A stretch of DNA of 64,000 bases from Candidatus Methanomethylophilaceae archaeon (lineage in GTDB: Archaea; Thermoplasmatota; Thermoplasmata; Methanomassiliicoccales; Methanomethylophilaceae): contig JBMNHS010000002.1 in assembly GCA_050950505.1 (NCBI GenBank), positions 64,001 to 128,000 of the forward strand, in the 5' to 3' direction. Made by a program: the position numbers and the translations under genes. This document shows, piece after piece, positions 58,219 through 64,000 of this stretch. Below the pieces are notes generated by a model, which made no database searches, was not told where the DNA came from, and saw only the letters and a list, made by a program, of their open reading frames with translations. Each line of letters starts with the position of its first letter. Position 1 is the first letter of the stretch.

Positions 58219-60124
58219 TCAAAACATGCTCAGAACAAGATCGGAGTATGCTATCGGGTCGTCCAAGGGTATGTCGGCCATGATACTTGCCTGACCGTAC
58301 ATGATTTTCACCATCTTGGCGGCTTTTTCTTTATCCGATTCGATGGACTCTTCAAGAGACCTGAACGCGGGATGCTCCGAGTTGAGTTCCAGAACCCGGG
58401 AGGCTTTGATGTTCTCCCCTTCGCCTCCGGGCATCTCCATGAAGTATTTCTCCATCTCGAAAGTTATGTTGCCCTTGGTGGTCAGGAACACCGCGTGTTT
58501 TTTCAATTTTCTTGAAATCCTGACCTCAGAAACATCTTTGCCCAGAGTCTCTTTCACGAAATCGACGACATCTTTGTATTTCTCGTCTTTTTCTTCGGCT
58601 TCCTTCTTCTCCTCTTCAGATTCAAGACCCAGATCCTCGGTGGATACGTTGCAGAGCGGCTTTCCGTCATATTCGTTCAGGAAGTTGACCATGAAAGGAT
58701 CCACTTCGTCGGTCATCAGCAACACGTCGTATCCTTTCTCAAGGACAGGTTCCATCTGAGGCAGAGTTTTCGCGCGTTCCACGGAGTCGGAGACGATGTA
58801 GTATATTTTTTCCTGCTCTTCGGCCATTCCTTCGACGTAATCGGCAAAACTCACGGTTTCGCCGTTTGCGGTTTCGAAGAGAACCAGATCTTTCAGGGTG
58901 TCCTTGTCCATACCGTAATTGTCCACTATGCCGTATTTCAGCTGCTGGCCGAAGGCTTTGTGGAATTCTTTGTATGTTTCCGGTTCATCCTTCATCAGGC
59001 GTTCCAATTCGGATTTTATTTTTCTGGTGAGGTTGGAACCGATGGATTTTAACTGTCTGTCGTGCTGAAGCACCTCTCTTGAAATATTCAGCGAAAAATC
59101 CGGAGAATCAACGACACCGCGGACGAATCTGAAGTAATACGGCAACAAATCCTCGCATTTGTCCATAATCAACACTCCGGACGAGTACAACTGAAGCCCG
59201 GGTCTGAAATCCCTGGTGTAGAAATCATAAGGCGCGTTCCTGGGCACGAAGAGCATTGCTTTGTAACTGGTGAGTCCCTCGGCGTCCACTCTGATTACGG
59301 AAACTGGATCTTCGTAATCGTAGAACGTTTGTTTGTAGAACTCGATGCACTCTTCGTCGGAAACCTCATCTTTGCTTTTTTGCCAGATGGGAACCATGCT
59401 GTTGATCAGTTTGTTTTCCGTGAATGTGACGTATTCGGTCTTCGGTTCCCCGTCTTCGTCCTTTCTCGCCGGTCTCTTCCCATTTGCCGGATTCGACATC
59501 CATGTAAATGGGCCAGCGGATGTAGTTGGAGTAATTGACCACGAGCTCCCTCAGACGGTCAATGTTCAGGAATTCGCTGTAGTTTTCGTCTTCGGTGTCT
59601 TCTTTGATGTGCATTATGATGTCGGTGCCCACGGATTCCCGTTTGGCTTTCTTTATGGTGTAACCGTCAATCCCTTCACTTTCCCACATCGAAGCTTCTT
59701 CCTCGCCGAAGGCCTTGGATATGACGGTGACTTTGTCGGAGACCATGAACGCGGAATAGAATCCGACACCGAATTGGCCGATGACTTCGCTGTCGGCGTT
59801 TTCGTCAAGGCCGGATTTGAAATCGAAAGAGTCGCTGTATGCAATCATTCCGAGATTCTTTTCCATGTCCTTGGCGGTCATACCCACGCCGTTGTCCGAC
59901 ACGGTTATTGTGCGGGCTTCCTCATCCGTCGAAACGTCGATGCGGAAATCGTCTCTTGATAAACCGGAGGACGGGTCGGTCATCGCATGATAGTTCATTT
60001 TGTCGATAGCGTCCGAAGCGTTGGACACTATTTCTCTCAAAAATATTTCTTTATGGGTGTAGATGGAGTTGATCATCAAATCCATCAATCTTTTGGTTTC
60101 TGCTTTGAACTGTTTTTTAGCCAT
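58219..60124 (-). pseudogene. htpG: Hsp90 chaperone HtpG split by one extra base near 59460-59464 (pseudogene or sequencing error)
   Basis: N-half: FKAE, IFLRE..SNASDA, DNG.GM, IGQFGVGFYSAF; C-half in a shifted frame: PIW, LY..GV, FVRGVVDS, NISRE.LQ, LELN..HP. Confidence 0.9.
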
Positions 60125-60168
60125 ATGCATCCTCTTCAATTGATAGAACTGAGTGTTAAGTGTTAGCA

Positions 60169-60193
60169 CTTCTATATAAATATTTGTAATATA
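60169..60193 (-). promoter_or_regulatory. htpG promoter; motif shared with thermosome
   Basis: TATATTACAAATATTTATATAGAAG on the minus strand. Confidence 0.7.
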
Positions 60194-60374
60194 AACTTCA
60201 GCTTTGCCGAAGGCTGTTTCCACGGTTGTAAACGACTCCGTAGGCGGAATGAAAAACAAATCAACCACATCGCGGGTTTTTACATTCATTTAATAATGAT
60301 GAAAATTAATCCGAAATCCTGAGATGCGCATTCTTCTGCTTGTGAAGCGGCGCAAAGACGGGTGGGAAACGAAC

Positions 60375-61640
60375 ATGAAAATTGAATTCAAGGGGGGAAG
60401 GATAAGCGGCAGGGTATCCCCTCCTCCGTCAAAGAGTCACACACACCGCGCGTTTTTCATGGCTTCTTTGGCCAAAGGCCGCAGCACGGTCAAACAATCC
60501 CTTCTCAGCGACGATACTTACGCCACATTGGAGGCCTGCGAAGCAATCGGAGCATCGGTAATCCACGACGTGGGAGACGTCTTCATCGACGGAGGAAGAC
60601 TTCATTCTCCGAAAAATCCCGTGGATTGCAGAAATTCCGGCACCACCATGAGACTGTTCACGGGAATCTGTTCGTTGTTTTCCCAACCTTCCACAATCAC
60701 CGGGGACGAGACGCTGATCAAACGGCCGATGGGCCCCTTGCTCAATGCGTTGGAACAGCTCGACGTTCATTGCGAGTCGGACAACGGTTTCCCTCCCGTG
60801 ACCGTCAGAGGCCCCAACAAAGGCGGAAGCGTGTCCGTGGACGGAAGCAAAAGCTCACAGTACGCCACTTCGCTGATAATGGCCGCGCCCCTGGTTGAAA
60901 ACGACACCGTCGTCACCCTGACGGGAAACATAGTGTCCAGACCTTACATCGATATCACCGTGGACATAATGGAAAAGTTCGGAGCCTCCGTGAAAAGGGA
61001 TTCCGACAAATACACGGTAAAGGGCGGCACTGGGTACAGACCCTGCGACTATACCGTCCCCGGAGATCCCTCGTCCGCGGCGTTCCCCCTGGTCGCCGGT
61101 GCTTTGGGCGGATACGTGACCGTGACCGGACTCGATTCCGAAGAAAAAGGCGACGCCCGCCTGATAAGCATTCTCGAAGACGCAGGATGCGAAATCACAA
61201 GGAAAGACGGAGAGGTCACGGTAAAGAACAAGGGGCGGATCAAGCCCTTGGAAATCGATATGGGAGATATTCCGGATCTGTTTCCCATTCTTGCAGTTCT
61301 TCTCAGCACGGCGGAGGGAGAAAGCAGGCTTTACGGCGCGCCTCACCTGAGATTCAAAGAAAGCGACCGCATAGAAACCACGGTGGAGATGCTCACCGCC
61401 GTAGGCGCCGACATCCTGCCCACGGAAGACGGCTGCACAATCAAGGGCAAAGAACGTCTCCTGGGCGGAACGGTTGATGCCAAAGACGATCACCGCATAC
61501 TGATGGCCGCGGGCATTGCTTCAATTGTCTGCGAAAATCCTGTTGTGTTTGAGGGCGAAGAGTGTTTTTCGATATCTTATCCTGCGTTCCTGACGGATTT
61601 GGAGAGAATCGGTCTGAGGCTTGAAGTAACCGGTGAGTGA
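60375..61640 (+). CDS. aroA: 3-phosphoshikimate 1-carboxyvinyltransferase
   Basis: PPSKS.THR, NSGTT.R, RPM, SSQY, KESDRI, DHRI. Confidence 0.96.
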   Translation: MKIEFKGGRISGRVSPPPSKSHTHRAFFMASLAKGRSTVKQSLLSDDTYATLEACEAIGASVIHDVGDVFIDGGRLHSPKNPVDCRNSGTTMRLFTGICSLFSQPSTITGDETLIKRPMGPLLNALEQLDVHCESDNGFPPVTVRGPNKGGSVSVDGSKSSQYATSLIMAAPLVENDTVVTLTGNIVSRPYIDITVDIMEKFGASVKRDSDKYTVKGGTGYRPCDYTVPGDPSSAAFPLVAGALGGYVTVTGLDSEEKGDARLISILEDAGCEITRKDGEVTVKNKGRIKPLEIDMGDIPDLFPILAVLLSTAEGESRLYGAPHLRFKESDRIETTVEMLTAVGADILPTEDGCTIKGKERLLGGTVDAKDDHRILMAAGIASIVCENPVVFEGEECFSISYPAFLTDLERIGLRLEVTGE

Positions 61641-61908
61641 GATTTTTCCTGAAAACGGTCAAACAGACTTCTTGTTTCAATTTTATCCATACTCTAAACT
61701 TTGCGATGAATATTCAATTAATCGGGGCAGGCCGTAAAAACAGCAGTGAAAACATACAGAGTTTGGAGTGTGCCGTAAACCGTTCTTCTTTCTAATTTTA
61801 CATTTGCATCATACAATCGAATCCAATTCTCAGTCAGAGGCCGTAAGACAAACCCATTAATGATTTTAAAACGTTGAATATTGCTAAAAACACCCCGATT
61901 GGAATTTT

Positions 61909-62479
61909 TCATAAATCAGATAAGTTATTCTGTTTGGCGTATTCTTCAATTCCCAATAATCTCGTATTAAAAAAAATCAATGGATGAAATCCAATATCCG
62001 ATGAGTTCGTTCTCGCCCGTCGGAAATTTTTTCGGTAATAATCTGCAATCCTGCAACAGATTATATTCAATATATTCCTCGAATGAGGTGAACCGATCAA
62101 AGAAATATCCATATCGTTCTATTACTCCCTTTATGGGACAGTCGCCTCGCTCTCCGTCATAATACTTTTTAATACTTTGAAGAGTAAAATATAGCATATC
62201 GTTTATTTGATTATGATAGCCTCTGGCCTGACTTATCGTATTGCCGTTTATTTTGTGAGCAGGGAAGAATATTTTTCCTGCGATTGTCCTGGCGAGATGA
62301 TAGCAATTTTCAGCCAGTTCTTTGTTATTTTCATCATAGAAATTATATCCGACACTCCCAAAATCGAATCTCTTGCTGCCGTACAGTTGTCGCATGGCAA
62401 TTCGTAGGTCAGGACAGGGGCGATCGGGGGCTGCTCCAGGTCTTTCAGTGCAATAGTGATGATTTACATCTTTCATCAT
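61909..62479 (-). pseudogene. DUF6994-like protein, probably frameshifted at a T8 run near the C-terminus
   Basis: TI.G...FP......TI.QARG...I.D....TL..I..YY..RY..FF pattern recognised from memory; ORF stops at 61967, and losing one T extends it to 61909. Confidence 0.5.
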
Positions 62480-62731
62480 GATTCTTACAAGACGTTTTCC
62501 TCATCCAATTTTACATCGGGCTTTATGAACGATTTTTTGTTTGTAAAGGCCTTATTGGTCGATTCGTTCATATCGACAATCATTTATCAATATTATCAAA
62601 GCAAACAACCCATCTGTTTAAAATATTTTCAAAAATTTTTGTGAGAATCCCCGGTTTAAATACTAATTTTTCTAGATTGTGGAGATCATACTAGGTAACA
62701 AATTAATAATTGGATGATATGTCCAAAATAC

Positions 62732-63574
62732 ATGTTTCAATTGGCGATATACGGCAAAGGTGGAATCGGCAAATCTACTTTGTCGGCCAATATATCTTAT
62801 GCGTTAGCAGGCAAAGGTATGAAAGTTTTACAAATCGGGTGCGATCCGAAACACGACTCAACCCGTTTACTTCTTAACGGTAAAACTCAGAACACCGTTA
62901 TAGATTATCTCAGAACCGTTCCTATGGAACGCAGAAACTTGGACGACGTGGTTTCCATTGGATCGGGCAATGTTCATTGCATTGAAGCAGGCGGTCCGGA
63001 ACCCGGGGTCGGGTGTGCGGGCAGAGGCATTCTGACGATGCTTGATTTCCTTGAAAAGAACGGACTTAACGAAATAGATTTTGACATAAGGCTTTACGAT
63101 GTCTTGGGCGACGTCGTCTGCGGAGGTTTTGCGGTGCCCCTTCGAAAAAACTATGCAGATGCCGTATATATAGTGACGTCCGGTGAGTTCATGTCTCTGT
63201 TTGCCGCAAATAACATATTGAAAGGATTGCGGAACTACGATGACGGGAGACCCCGCGTCGGAGGACTTATTCTAAATCGCAGAGGTTTGGACGGGGAATA
63301 CAATCATGTAAAAAATTTTGCAGACGGAGTCGGACTTCCCATCGTGTCATGCATAAATCGCGGTCCGCTGTTCGCGGAAGCCGAATCAAAGGGCAAGACG
63401 GTAATGGAACTCTTCCCCGATTCCGACGCAGCTTCGGCAATAAACATAATTGCGGAAGATATCATTCAGAAGAATAATGGCTGCGGACAACTCTATTATC
63501 CCAACCCCCTCGATGACGAATTCATGGATTTGATTGCCAGCGGAACTCCGTTGGACGATGGTCAGATAGTCTAA
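62732..63574 (+). CDS. NifH/CfbC-like (group IV nitrogenase-like) iron protein
   Basis: YGKGGIGKST, GCDPKHDS, GGPEPGVGCAGRG, DVLGDVVCGGF. Confidence 0.9.
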   Translation: MFQLAIYGKGGIGKSTLSANISYALAGKGMKVLQIGCDPKHDSTRLLLNGKTQNTVIDYLRTVPMERRNLDDVVSIGSGNVHCIEAGGPEPGVGCAGRGILTMLDFLEKNGLNEIDFDIRLYDVLGDVVCGGFAVPLRKNYADAVYIVTSGEFMSLFAANNILKGLRNYDDGRPRVGGLILNRRGLDGEYNHVKNFADGVGLPIVSCINRGPLFAEAESKGKTVMELFPDSDAASAINIIAEDIIQKNNGCGQLYYPNPLDDEFMDLIASGTPLDDGQIV

Positions 63575-63753
63575 TCATCTTATTGTGAATCTCAATGTCC
63601 GACATTGAACACGTCATGTCTGTAAAACAAAAATCTATCTCTTTTCTTCGATTTTAAAGACAATATGTAAAACATGCTAGAAATCTAACAGTTATTGATA
63701 ATCTTTTACGCATATTTTACACCCGTTAGGATAGATTTTATATACATAATTTG

Positions 63754-63774
63754 AATTGGACTATACATCCAATT
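63754..63774. promoter_or_regulatory. Putative operator downstream of a TATA box
   Basis: AATTGGA-N7-TCCAATT between TTTTATATA (63736-63744) and GGAGGT SD. Confidence 0.4.
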
Positions 63775-63790
63775 ATACGGAGGTACTATT

Positions 63791-64000
63791 ATGGCTAATA
63801 ATAAAATAATGGCCGTTTTTGTTGTTTTAATACTAGCAGTTTCTGCAGGGGCAGTTTACGGACTGTCGAAAGATAACAAAAACGACGACAGCGGTTACAA
63901 TCACAGAACAATGGTGTTTGGCAATGCGAACGGCGACGACAAACTTGACGAGAGCGACATCGAAACGCTGAATATGATAATATCCGACGACATCGAAGAC
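63791..64000 (+). CDS. Secreted protein with dockerin/EF-hand-like motif, probably an iron/corrinoid ABC substrate-binding protein (3' truncated by window)
   Basis: GGAGGT SD; signal anchor; VFGNANGDDKLDESDI. Confidence 0.65.
   Translation, partial: MANNKIMAVFVVLILAVSAGAVYGLSKDNKNDDSGYNHRTMVFGNANGDDKLDESDIETLNMIISDDIED

Noticed and set aside
60296-60322. ATGATGA...CTGA as a second C/D RNA
   Set aside because: No C'/D' pair or terminal stem; lies in the aroA promoter region
62732-63574. Nitrogen fixation
   Set aside because: No nifDK/ENB; NifH-like proteins in methanogens often serve tetrapyrrole chemistry
1-64000. CRISPR array, tRNA, rRNA or IS element
   Set aside because: No regularly spaced repeats, cloverleaf or transposase seen by eye; tRNAscan-SE and CRISPR finders were not run

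Overview
Chromosomal segment of an archaeon, most likely Methanomassiliicoccales/Thermoplasmatota. This is inferred from archaeal GluRS/AspRS, Trm1, Hjc, MptD, FBP aldolase/phosphatase, thermosome, NreA and SAMP, mixed with bacterial-type xseAB and htpG and a BspA-like adhesin. It holds about 53 protein genes; I found no rRNA, tRNA or CRISPR array. Highlights: (1) an unannotated box C/D guide RNA at 11639-11694 whose D-guide predicts 2'-O-methylation of C34 of an intron-containing tRNA-Met; (2) a tandem pair of compact serine recombinases with no visible mobile cargo; (3) a nuclease-dense block with an AddAB/AdnAB-like helicase-nuclease, an active and a catalytically dead DEDDh paralogue, ExoVII and a PARIS-like AriA/AriB pair; (4) a tandem duplication with reciprocal loss of SAMP and adhesin copies; (5) a 25-bp promoter motif shared by thermosome and a frameshifted htpG; (6) a P-type ATPase lacking the TM4 glutamate; (7) none of 52 called genes ends in TAG, consistent with amber being reserved for pyrrolysine. 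All family calls come from motif recognition by eye; no database searches were run.
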